A DNA stretch of 52,925 nt from Catajapyx aquilonaris (lineage: Eukaryota), in contig KZ538149.1 of the NCBI GenBank assembly GCA_000934665.2, positions 62,001-114,925 on the forward strand, read 5' to 3'. The notes beneath the pieces are model-generated. The model was not told where the DNA came from. It did not search any database and saw only the letters and a list, made by a program, of their open reading frames with translations. The position numbers and the translations under genes were made by a program. Positions 26,108 through 37,760 of the stretch are shown piece by piece (positions within the stretch are counted from its first letter, which is position 1; the number at the start of each line of letters is the position of its first letter).

Positions 26108-29100
26108 CAGTAAGTGGAAAAGGAACCTGTAAATACACTGTACAATGTACATACTTCCCATTATCCTGGTGCAGTTTTCACTATGCAATAAAGAGCAGTT
26201 TTTTTGTCAACAGGAATAAATCGAGCTTAATGTACTTGAAACTTTGAAAGTGTCATTTTAATATTGTACTGACTGTGTGCTATTGATTTATATTATCATA
26301 CTATTAATTTGTGGTACAAATAAAATTTTTGTGCTAATTGCACAGAATAAATGAGGTGTTTATGTGCAAAATTTTCTTTCTAGTTTCTCGGATCATTTCT
26401 TGGAGGCTGTGAGCAGTGAAAATGTCAGCAAAAGGCATTAATGGCCTTACTATATTTGAGGGAAACGCAACTGTATTATACATGACGTATTACTATTGCA
26501 TTCACTCGCATATCTATATTTTCACGTGGAAAAAATGGGGGTTTCCCATATCTGTTTCATAGTTAAAGGGAGAGAGTTGACCCGTCCAACATGGCCGCCC
26601 GATGGTACCCCTTCACGTGACGTCATCAGCCCCCTGTGCCTGGGGTCAACCTACAACCGTCATATTTGACCTCAGGCTTCCTTGAGCATGTAGCTTTCGT
26701 TTGACCCAGAATTATAATTTTTGAAATCGTTTAAGTATTTTTTGACGATAACTACCAAATGAAGCAGTTTTGATAAATCATTTAATTAAAGTACAATAAA
26801 ATAAAAATAGAAGTAGTTCGAGCAGGCTAATAACATTCTTTTGGTCCGAACGATAGCGCTATGTTTGAGGATAAATCTTGTGAAGTGGGAAGTCCGTAGC
26901 TAAATAATTATTTTTGTGGCCTGGGCGATGTCGACAGTGTCCAAATCCGGCAAACTGAGAAAAACGCGTTTAAAGTTAAAAGTAGGGTAACGTAACAGAG
27001 CGATAATGCGATTCAAAAAATACGTTAGTGTGACACAGACGCTCTGTTGCCAGCAGGACCAGCGTAGTGCCTCCGCGTCCGCGCGGGAGCAGCACCTGAT
27101 GGCGCTCATGCCAGTGGGTACTTGGGGAGAGGAGGGGGCCTTGCCAGGCAAGGTTGCCAGGCGTCCGCTCCCGACCCGCCAATTTTTTTGAATTTCGGGA
27201 CGCAGTTTGCCGCGTTCGACGCAGGAAAAGACGCTTGATTTTTTTCACAAATAAAATAAAATAATCGAATTTTTGAAGGTCGATGACTGTAGTGCGGCAT
27301 TGCCATATTGGTAATGCCCATTCGGAACGCATTGGAATCCGAGGTCTTTGCAGGATAGACACTTGTGGTGGTTAAAGGGATCATCCATTGAACCTAATAT
27401 TGTACCTAAAATAATGCAGAAAATACATTATTTAATACTGTATCCGCTGAAAGTAACTGTTCGAAAATTACTGCTTATAATAATTAGCACCTGATGTGCA
27501 AAAAGTATTGCCGCTAACAGTGAGTCTGGCACACCCTGAACCTACCAGAAGTGTAGAATGATGATATAATTTAACCGACTGTCATTTAAACGCCATGGAA
27601 CAGAAAAATATTAATGATTGCAAAGCATGTCAATTTTACATATATTTTGTATATGCATGCTGTTTGTTGCCTTCTTAGGGATTCCACCTGTGACTAGATT
27701 TCTTCCATTATAGGAAATTAAACTACAGTATCTTTGCCCATCATGGCCGCCATACATAGCCAAGACTTTAGTGGAAGTGTGTGTCGGGGGGGGGGGGGGT
27801 CCGCGATATAATCGGTAAAAGGGAGATATTGTTGAACTGCGCCAATTTAAATGACCATTTGGAAAATTAATCGCGGGGAAGAGTGGCCAGCAAATGACAA
27901 ACTATCGACTATGAAACAATTTGCGTATTGCATTTAAGATATTGGATAATTATGTCACATTCTTAACATCATTGCATTAATATGACTCGTCACCAGCATG
28001 ACGAAGCAGATTTTTTATCATTAATTCAGCGTAGCCAATACTCTGCCCACGGAACCACTCGGTAAAAATTGTGCCCAGTGAAATGACTACATCTACCCTC
28101 GGTAGTCTATGTCTCCTTGCCAACAACAGCGAATCGTCCCATACTACGCAGTTCTAAACATTCCCTGCGATGCCCTCAACATTTCAGTCTGACCTTTTAT
28201 TGAGAAAGGTGGGTGGACGCATGTCTCCCGAGAATTATCCCACTTGTTTCACACTTCGTCCCTTCTTTCAGTTCTAGCAAGCATGGGCTCCCCCACAATT
28301 GCTAGTATCTTGCTAGTATAGAGAGAGGGCCAGAGGGGTCTTCCACCCCGCAGGAAGTGGTCCTCCAGCTTGGGGCCGAGCAACTGTGTACCGGTTGCTC
28401 AACCTGGCCCTTCCAGTGCAGCCATCATCACAACCGGAGGAGAAGGAACAGCCATTGCAGAAGGCTCGCCAACAGCAAGGAGAAGCAGAGCAGGAGAGCA
28501 ACCTCCAGGGCGCAGGTAGACGAGGAAGGCGGAGGAAGAGGGAAGCATGCTGCAGTCTAGGGTCTGACGCACGATGCCGCGCCGGCCCATCCGGAGGTCC
28601 AGGAGGCTGAACAATGGCCGCGGAGAGGGTGCCAGATCAAAGTCCTTGCATCTTTATTCAGTCGTCACGTGATTTACTTAATTGACGTGTCTAATTTAGA
28701 TTTAATAAAAATTACATGAAAAGAACGTGTTATTATTACACAGCAATGTTCGGTGGCTACTTTGCATACTCCTCAGTTGCCAGATTGAAAACGTAGCAAC
28801 GCAAACTGACAGTCATCGTTTTCTCTTTCAATATACTCACGATAGCCGGCATTAGCAAGAATGGCATTATCGCTTTTTCCTCCTCGAACGATTGGCCTGC
28901 GAGTCGCACCCCAACTCGCTCGTTCTACGAGACTCTATGAGGGCTAAAGATGATGTCATTGTTGCTAATATTGGCCTTGCTGCGACGCTCACGCTACTAT
29001 TTCAATTTGTAAACTGAAGAATAAACACAACATGATGTAGGCCTACTGGTTGCACAGAGGATCCGTTCTTCCAGGTAACATCTCTCTGTACCACTGAAGG

Positions 29101-29240
29101 TGGGCTTTTTCCAGGCCTCGTGTGCCCTGACGAAGGCCTCATGTACAAAGTGATCCCCCCCCCCCCCAGCCACGCAAAGAATTTTTTTAAAGAACTTGCT
29201 GGTTTCAACTGCGAGTGGCCAAGTGGCCTTTCCATCTATC

Positions 29241-30501
29241 TAGGGGCGTTCATTAAGTTCTAAGCCCAACCATGAAGGAGTGTGAATTTCGGGAAGTAGA
29301 TTGTACACCACATAGTACCACTCTTACCAGGACCACAGCATACTGCATCATTCAGATCGGAGTCAAATACCGGGCATGAAAAAATCAGTTGTGGTGCAAA
29401 GTGCAGTAAGTTTCCACAATTGGCAGTTTGGAGGAGCGCGCTGTGATCAAATATTTGACTCTGAAAAAGGTGGCGTCACAGGATATCTGTAAAGACATGT
29501 CTGAGGCACTAGGGGGTGATGCTCCATTATAATTATGAAACTGTGAAAAGATGGTCATCTCTTTTCAAAGCTGGGCAAGAGAGCCTGGAAGATGACCCCT
29601 GCCATGACATGCCCACAACAGCCGTCACAGAGAAAAACATATTTGCTGTGGAGGCGATGGGGATGGGCGACAGGACATTGACCATCAGATACATAGCTGA
29701 GGTCATGGGCTTCAGGGTTGGTGCGGTGGAAGTCATTGTCCATCAAAAACTTTGGCTCAGCGAGGTTTTTTCCCGTTGGGTACCTCGCCGCCTGACACCC
29801 GCTCGAGTGAAGACGGCAGAAGCAAATTTGTAATTTTTTAACCATGACAAAAATGACTTTTTCTCATGGATAGTGACCAAGGACGAAACATGGATTCCCC
29901 CCTTCTCCTCTAAAACAAAAATGGAGTCAAAACAATGGAAACACTGACTCCCCTCCACGATGAAAGGTCAAGGTGCAACAGTCCACTTCCAAGGTGATGT
30001 GAGAATTTTCTGGGATGCAGAGGGTGTTGTGATGGTGGAATTCTTATCAAATGGGTGCAAACTCAACGGGGAGTACTAGCTCCACAAGTTGAGGAAAGAA
30101 CTGAAGAAGAAGAGACCCGGAAAATTGACGCGAGGTGTGCCGCTTCTCCAAAACAATATTCTCCTGCACACACCGCATGAGTTTCAACGGCTGCTGCTCC
30201 TTCCAGATCCTGCCCCACCCACCCAATTCACCAGATATGGTCCCTTCACACTATTTTCTGTTCCCAAACATGAAAAATAGCTTTGTGGAAGGGTTCGCGG
30301 ATCTGATTCTGAAGTGAATGCCGTTGTGAACGAGATTTTGGAGGGGGTTCGAAAAATAATTTTTTTCGAGGGGATAGAGAAGCTAGAGAAACATTGGAAA
30401 AATTGGGTGGACATCCAAGGGAACTACGTCAAAAATAAAATTACAACTGTTGTATATCTCTTTTCTTCATGGTTGGGATTAAAACTTAATGAACGCCCCT
30501 G
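29241..30501 (+). mobile_element. Full-length decayed mariner element (~1.26 kb)
   Basis: TIRs AGGGGCGTTCATTAAGTT..CCCAACCATGAAG / CTTCATGGTTGGG..AACTTAATGAACGCCCCTG|TA enclosing a transposase pseudogene. Confidence 0.9.
29431..30440 (+). pseudogene. Mariner transposase pseudogene
   Basis: RAVIKYL, TVKRW..LFKAGQESLEDDP, SRWVPRRLT (WVPxxL), IVTKDETWI, FWDAEGVVMVEFL, LPHPPNSPDMVPSHYFLF (YSPDLAP-like); several stops and frameshifts. Confidence 0.92.
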
Positions 30502-30756
30502 TATATGCAGCACATAAATAGCATACCAGAGAATGTGAAGCAGGGGCGACCCGTGGTTCGGGAAAACAAGCAAGAATAGAGATGTGGCCTCTCAAAACTG
30601 GCTGACAGGCACACCGCAGGCATGCGATGATGTGGGATCATAATAGTACATGGGGCATGTCTACCAGAATTCATAGGTTTGTACGGTAGTACTAGTCGTT
30701 ATATGTAAGGATCCGAGATTTGTCTCTCTCTTATCTGACACGTAGTTGCGAAACTA

Positions 30757-31822
30757 CAGGGTGTCTAAGTTGCAATTTTTCACTCGTTCTTCGCTGTCAG
30801 GGCTTTGAATGGAAGCCCGTAACTTCTGAACGGCCAAAGTGATACGTGATTTCGGAACCTCTTTTAACGGCCTTCATAATATCGTAATGAAAATCGCAGG
30901 AAGGTAATTCCTCAAATTCAAAATGGCGGCCAAATGTTGGTTTTTAAAATTATTACTCAAAGTTCGACACATTTGAGATTTCTTAAATGGCACTCAAAAT
31001 GAAGGTTGAAATGCGTGCTTCATATTATTTTCCGAAAAGTCTACGAGGTGCCTTTTGGAATCTCACCCGGTAGATGGCGAAAACTCGGCCGGTGCGCGTT
31101 TTGGACTCGTACGCTGTCACTTGGAGGACCATAATCCAGAAGATCGTGTTAATTCTTAATCGTAATATGTGTATTGGAAAGGTATTTTCACGCTCTGTAA
31201 GATGGTTATTATCGTCTTAAGAAAATCCAAAAATTCTGATCCAAAATGGCGGCCAAAATTGGGATTTTTACATTCCTCATTAATCTACCCATAAGATTTG
31301 TTTTAAATGGCACTCGAAATTGCACCGGAAATGTTTCCGCAAAATCTGTAACACAGAAATGCGATACCGGTATTTATGCCAAATATAAAACAATTTGTGC
31401 ATTTTAGCCGCTTCTGAGAAAGGAGTCGGTTTCAGAATTATTCGAGAATTTGTATTGTCCTGTAAGAATTATCTAAAAAAATTTCACGGGGCTAATTGAT
31501 AAGTGGACATTATTTTGTACAAGTACATCCAGAAATAATTTTAAAACTGCGGATTTATTAATTGTACAATTGTTAATAGCCAGAATCAGATATCTTATGC
31601 ACAATAAATTGCTTTAAAGTAGTGATCAGCTGTCTCATTGTTGCTTAATAACAATTATACAATTGATAAATTAGTAGTTATAAAAATATTTCTGATGGGT
31701 GTACAAATGTCAACTTAATCATTTAGCCCCGAGAAATTTTTTAAAATCATTCTTACAGGACAATAAAAATTCTCGAATGATTCAGAAACCGACTCCTTTC
31801 TTAGAAGCACCTAAAATGCACA
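30757..31822. repeat. Truncated mariner-type foldback with an internal inverted repeat at 31396-31822
   Basis: TA|CAGGGTGTC start; duplicated CAAAATGGCGGCCAAA..TTAAATGGCACTC blocks (~30920, ~31242); ~125-bp arms 31396-31521 / 31700-31822. No right terminus found. Confidence 0.6.
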
Positions 31823-32402
31823 ACATGCTTTATATTTACATACTATCAGGTGACCCGGCGTTGCCCAGGTGTGTTTTGGTTGTAAAGGTAGGGGTATTTA
31901 CGGGTATCTATATCCATATTAGGAATTATTCGTTTATAAAATTTGCACAAAATTTGCAAAATAGGGTCGTCAGCATGTTCTTAAGGGTCTTGGGAGGGCC
32001 AGGAAAATAAAACCAAAAATAGATAGAAAAAGAGAACAAATATGGCGAAGAAATAAGATTTTTGGTGGATAATCAACTCAAATGTACATAATCACTGTAG
32101 GCTACGTGGTGGCCTATACGTAACAGCACTTTACCAATGAGTTTGAGGGCAGCCTTGGTTAGCCATTTTATTGCCAATATCACTGAGGAATTAATTTTAT
32201 TGGATATCAAAGTTTGCATTGTTAGCGGCTAAAGAATAGTAAGTTGTTCTTCCCACAAGACGTTGGAAAACGGAGAGACCGAAGCAACATGTCTTGTGAT
32301 AACATTCCGTAACATGTCCTCAGCAGGCCTACAAGGGGTTTTCTAATACTTGCAGAAAACTTCTTGGGTGATATCCTATATGCATGAGAGGATCACTTTA
32401 CC

Positions 32403-32560
32403 GTAGGGGAGTCATTTGGTCTAGGAAGGCTCATTACCGATATAATGGGCTTTTAACGTGAGTATTGGGTAATCTTTGGCATCGTCTCGGGAAGGATTCC
32501 TTGAGACTAACCACCTGGGGGCACTAACAGAAGACGTGCTCTACCCTGTAGTCAATGGGA
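32403..32560 (+). mobile_element. Old SINE fragment related to 16-367
   Basis: TCGTCTCGGG..TTCCT..AGACTAA.CCACC.GGGGG body motif shared with 138-178. Confidence 0.45.
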
Positions 32561-33682
32561 AACCTGCTATATGCAAGTAATGTTTTAATCGTCCTTGTGT
32601 AGAAGTTTATACTCGGGAGTTATACAGTAGGCCTATATTCCAACATTTTGAATAAGCCAGGTTGAGCTTAGTAATCAGTGCCTAGCTCGCTTTTGTCGAA
32701 ATGTACTTGCATATATTGCTGGACCTTCCAATGCATCATATAACTTCAATTTCTCACTCTCCTGAGGCTGCTTGGTCAAAATGTCCCAGGTGGGTTGAAA
32801 TTTTTTTTCATCATTTTACTGTATGGCGTGGTGCAAGCTGTCCGCAGCCCAGCAGTTTTTTAAAGACATGCATATTTTACCTTCTCGCTGGAGCCGCTGC
32901 AATAACGATCGTGATTTTCACTACCTAGTTCATTCCACCTCGATTAGATGCCTGTTTATATCATCTGGAAACTGCTGTTTTTGGGCTGGTTAATAATTAA
33001 TAAGCACCGCCGGGCTCGTTGTGGACATCGGTAAGCGGAAATGGCCCAAATACTGTATGTATCACCATACAAGACATCGCAATTTCTTGTAAAAAATCGA
33101 ACCTAAATAAAACCAAAGACTTAATACAGGGTGTTTCACTAGGTAGTCCCCCCCCCCCCCCAAAGAATGGACTATATTTTTCTTCCTACTCTACCTAGAA
33201 ACATGATGTATGGTTTAAAGCTACCTTAGTTCATGGGAATGTAGGATCATTCGCAATAAATGCTGAGATTGACCTTCAACGACCTCCATACACACTCGAA
33301 CGCGACTCGACTCGACGCTCATTACACTGGAGAACAAAATTTAACTTGTTTTTTGGCCCATGTACATGAATGTGCGATTCCTATTGTACCTTTTGCGCTG
33401 ATTTTTAATATATATGTTAACCAATAATAGTTCTTCTATCACTCACAGTTTTTGGGTAATCGGTATTTTATGGTAGCAATGAACTTCCTCAGTTCAATGT
33501 ATATGTAGCACTGTTCCACAAAATTGCAATTATTTTGGCGCATGTACATGAACGTGCGATTCCTTTTAGTACTCTTTGTCCTGATTTCAAATCTGTTTAC
33601 CATTTGATTGTATCACCTATAGTCTTTGAGTAATTGGCATTTTCACAGTAAAAAAGTAGGCCTACGTCATTTGTATCACCAA

Positions 33683-35042
33683 TAGTCCGGACGTTAAGGG
33701 ACGAATAATGGGTCAACCGTGCATTTGGTGAAAAATGCATGAAATTTGGTACAAATGTCCCTGAGAGCATACTCTTCAAATTCAAATATGGCGCCACGCC
33801 CGTTTTCGCCCAGGAGGCGGGTTGGCTACACTGAAGCGAGTGACAAGTCTTTTTCTGAGCGAACTATGCTTCCTAGGCGGATATGTGCCAAGCAAATGTT
33901 GTGGGGAAACATGTATCCTACAAAAGGTATATAGTAACCTTTCCACGTACGGTCAGTATTTTCGGATATACAGCGACTTGAACCAAATTAAGGGACGAAA
34001 AAAAAGGTCAACCGTGCATTGGTGAAATTTTGTAGGAATGTCCCTGAGACCATACTCCTCCAATCCAGATATGGCGCCACGGCCGTTTTCGCCCAGGTGG
34101 CCCGTAATTGCGGGTTGGCTACCTTGAAGCCAGTTAAAGGTCTTTTCTGAGCGAACTATGCTTCTCAGGAGGAAAGGTGCCAAACAAAGGTTGTACAGAA
34201 ACATGTACTCTACAAAAAGTATAAAGTACCTTTTCCACGTAGAGTCCTTATTTTCGTAGCTACAGCGACTTTAAAAAGACTTTTCACTCTCTGAAGGGTA
34301 GCCAACCCGCAATTACGGGCCTCCTGGGCGAAAACTGGCGTGGCGCCATATCTGAATTTGAAGAGTGTAGTCCCTAGGACATTCCTACCATATTTCATGT
34401 CTTCATCACCGAAGTGCACGGTTGACCATTTCATTCCTTAATTCCATGACTATGGGTTCAAGTCGATGTAGCTCTGAAAATAAGGACTCTACGTGGAAAA
34501 GGTACTTCATACTTTTTGTAGAGTACTTGTTTCTGTACAACGTTTGTTTGGAACATATCCGCCTGAGAGGCATAGTACGCTCAGAAAAAACCTTTTACTC
34601 GCTTCAAGGTAGCCAACCCGCAATTACGGGCCACCTGGGCGAAAACGGCCGTGGCCCCATATCTGGATTGGAGGAGTATGGTCTCAGGGACATTCTTACC
34701 AAATTTCACCAATGCACGGTTGACTTTTTTTTCGTCCCTTAATTTGGTTCAAGTCGCTGTAGCTCCGAAAATACTGACCGTTCGTGGAAAAGTTACTAAT
34801 TATATACTTTTTGTAGGATACATGTTTCCCCACAACATTTGTTTGGCACATATCCGCCTAGGAAGCATAGTTCGCTCAGAAAAAGACTTGTCACTCGCTT
34901 CAGTGTAGCCAACCCGCCTCCTGGGCGAAAACGGGCGTGGCGCCATATCTGAATTTGAAGAGTAGGCTCTCAGGGACATTTGTACCTAATTTCATGTTTT
35001 TTTTCACAAAATGCACGGTTGAATCCCTTAACGTCCGGACTA
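33683..35042. mobile_element. Academ-like non-autonomous modular foldback (1360 bp)
   Basis: CAA|TAGTCCGGACGTTAAGGGA ... TCCCTTAACGTCCGGACTA|CAA, i.e. TAG..CTA termini and a 3-bp TSD; the body is made of ~294-bp units in opposing orientation. Confidence 0.8.
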
Positions 35043-35405
35043 CAAGAGCTGGTATCACTGGTCAACAAAATTAAGATATTTCCTGCACATGTACATTTAT
35101 GTACGATTCTTATTGTATTATTTGTGCTGATTTCAAATATGTTAACCGATATCTATTATCACATACAGTTTTTGAGTAATTTGCATATTTATGGGATCAA
35201 AAAGCCTCTCTTCATGTAGGCTAGAGTCATACACTTTGAAATAAATTTCTGAGTAAGTAATGACTAATAGGGCCTAGTATGGGCTAGTATGGGTCCATAC
35301 TAGGCCCTATTAGTCATTACTTACTCAGAAATTTATTTCAAAGTGTATGACTCTTACATTAAGAGAGGCTTTTTGACCCATAAAAATGCAAATTACTCGA
35401 AAACT

Positions 35406-35638
35406 TGTGACGTATACCCACGTCGGGCGCCATTGTGACGACCCTGGGTTCGCCCCGGGTCCGCCCTTAGCTAGCTCATACCAAGAAAACTAGGTGGGTT
35501 CCTTGAGCACTAATTTATTGGACCTTCCAGGTCCCAAGCTGAGTACAGACTGGCTTTTAGGTTTTTACGACCTAAACCCGCTGGGAAGGAAAGGCCTGGT
35601 ACCCTCACCAATAGGATGGTCAGGGTCAAACCGTTACA
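35406..35638 (-). mobile_element. Solo LTR (Gypsy-type), 233 bp
   Basis: AACT|TGTGACG ... CGTTACA|AACT: TG..CA termini, 7-bp terminal IR with 1 mismatch, 4-bp TSD, AATAAA on the minus strand (~35513-35518). Confidence 0.75.
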
Positions 35639-35927
35639 AACTATAGGCGATAGAATCAAACAGTTAGCAGATTTGAAATCAGGACAAAGAGTACTACAGG
35701 AATCGCACATTCGTGTACATGCGCCAAAATAATTGCAATTTTGTGGATCAGTATAACGTACATCGAAGGAAATTATTCATTGCTACCATAAAATGCTGGT
35801 TACTCAAAAACTGTGTGTGATAGAAGAATTGGTTAACATCTTTGAAATCAGCGCAAAAAAATACAATAGGAATCGCACATTCATGTACATGGGCCAAAAA
35901 AAACAAGTAAAATTTTGTTCCTTAGAG

Positions 35928-36275
35928 TTATTTTCGAAGTCCCTCCACAGCATATCCTCATAAATGACGGTCTTGAATCTGGATTGCTGCATTGATGTTG
36001 CTTTCCTAGCCTTCTAACGTCGAGGCTCACTGTTATAAGCACAACTCTTCAAATATCCCCTTTCGCGGCTCTTTTGCCAGGTGGAAACAGGATAACTGGT
36101 TTCTTGTGACAAAATCATAGTGACTTTTCGGTCATTCCAGCAGCCTGCGCTTCACTTTTTCGACTTTTTCTACCACCAAAAGAGGCCATCTGCCACTGTA
36201 TTGCTCCAAAACACTTAGTTCACCACCTATCCTGACTATTAATGTCGGTATGCTGCGGAGGGACTTCGATAATAA
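35928..36275. mobile_element. MITE-like insert with ~30-bp TIRs
   Basis: TCGAAGTCCCTCCACAGCATA / TATGCTGCGGAGGGACTTCGA; absent from the partner arm of the host foldback. Confidence 0.6.
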
Positions 36276-37126
36276 GAAGCGTCGCGTCGAGGTGGGCAGG
36301 GGTGGGGGGTGGGACAGGTTGTTTTTAGGTTTATTCTCATGAGTTTTATTAGTTCATATGTTGGGTTAGCTAGCTTGCGTCTCCCTTCCTCGCTGACTAC
36401 CCCTCATAGGGAAATGTCGTGATGTTGTTGTTGTTGTTGTCGCGTCGAGTCACGTTCGAGTGTGTATGGGAGCACGTTAAAGGTCAATCCCAGCATTTAT
36501 TGTGAATAATGCTACATTCCCATGATCTATACGGTAACCTTTAAACCAAACATCACCTTTCTAGGTAGGCCTATAGAGTAGTAAGAAAAATATAGTCGAT
36601 TCTTTGGGGGTACTACCTAGTGAAACACCTGATGTATTCATTTAAAAAAAATAAGAACTAGACTCACCGTCGCATCACTGACCCAAACAAGACATATGTT
36701 GGGATGATAAAATCTCGGTCGACCAGGTAGAGTTGGCATATCATAAATAATATATGGTTCTTGTTCCTCGGATATTGTCCTGAATATGACGTAGGCTATA
36801 TTATTATATATACGTATCTTTACGTGTAGTATGTAGGACACTAGTATTGTATATAGATAACTGCCACTAGTAGCATCTAATCGGTGAAAATAGGGAAGTT
36901 ATTATTACATTTGAGCTATCTTATACGCAAATATGACTCTGTGATTGCTCAAGAGCACTAATATTAATTACCGTACTTGATAACATACTATCTCCCAGTT
37001 ATTCTGAACATGCTTTCATACAACCACGGCACCGGCCCTAATCGTGTGCGAGTAACTTCAGGAAATCGGACGTCAGGCCTTCATTTGAAAGAACTCTCAT
37101 GGAAAAATTGTATCCTACAAGTCAGG

Positions 37127-37254
37127 CTGACCTTCGAACAACACAGCAAGATGGGTGGCTCTGATTAGTTAGGATAGAATAGACAAAAATTCATCTGTAG
37201 GCTATTCTATGCTCCTCATGAGCCACCCATGCTGTTCAATGGTTCGGAGGTCAG
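37127..37254. repeat. Short hairpin/MITE remnant
   Basis: CTGACCTTCGAAC..ATGGGTGGCTC..ATAGAATAG pairs with CTATTCTAT..GAGCCACCCAT..GTTCGGAGGTCAG. Confidence 0.6.
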
Positions 37255-37479
37255 ACTATCTCAGATATACGTAGTTGACAAATTAAATAAGAAGTCGGTT
37301 GCTTGTTTATGTTCAATTGATTATTATTTATCAGGGATTGTACGGGGTCTTGGTAGGCCTACAAGTGATTAAAGTTGTTTAGACTTTACAGCTACCACAC
37401 TCTTTGCTTTACTGCTCCTGCTACTACTGTCTCACGTCGCGTAAACCCTCAACCCAACCATACTGGCACTCGGCTAATT

Positions 37480-37760
37480 TCATAAAAACACTGTGACAAC
37501 TGCCCCGAAGGGCCTAAGCAGTATGCATGGAAATGTGAATCAGGCACGAGAACGGCCAGGGTAAGGTCGCCAGGTAGAGTGACCGATTCAGATGGGAAAA
37601 CCCGTTCTGCATCTGGCACACTGGAAGAAAGAGTCTGACATGGTGCAGATTCTGATATATAGCACTTGATGCAAATTGCTGCTCTGGAGGGCAACATTAT
37701 CTGGACAGAGGCCAGGTTTAGGAGGATATAACAATTGAATGAAATGTGGTCGTTACAATA
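37480..37760 (+). pseudogene. Probable RTE-clade LINE ORF C-terminal remnant
   Basis: Broken motifs MEM*(W), ARVR..GRVT, IAALEGNI..GQRPG resemble the RTE C-terminus (EMW..RR..RV.W..RVTN; LEGKI.GKR.RGR); heavily decayed. Confidence 0.4.

Larger units (their letters stand above)
24432..26638 (+). mobile_element. P-superfamily (Galileo-like) foldback element, 2207 bp
   Basis: 8-bp TSD CCTGGGGT (24424-24431, 26639-26646); termini CATAGGGG...CCCCTGTG; near-identical inverted arms 24493-25319 and 25776-26610; P-type transposase remnant inside. Confidence 0.9.
24225..27295. mobile_element. Kolobok-like non-autonomous element hosting the P foldback
   Basis: Left end TTAA|GGGGCACTACAGTCA; right end TGACTGTAGTGC (27284-27295) is a 12-bp inverted match; the right CCC|TTAA is missing. 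Confidence 0.5.
33127..36634. mobile_element. Large Tc1/mariner-type non-autonomous foldback with nested insertions
   Basis: TA|CAGGGTGTTTCACTAGGTAGT ... ACTACCTAGTGAAACACCTG; 33127-33315 pairs with ~36440-36631 and ~33332-33600 with ~35640-35921; ~180-bp internal subrepeats; central hairpin 35167-35405. Confidence 0.8.
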
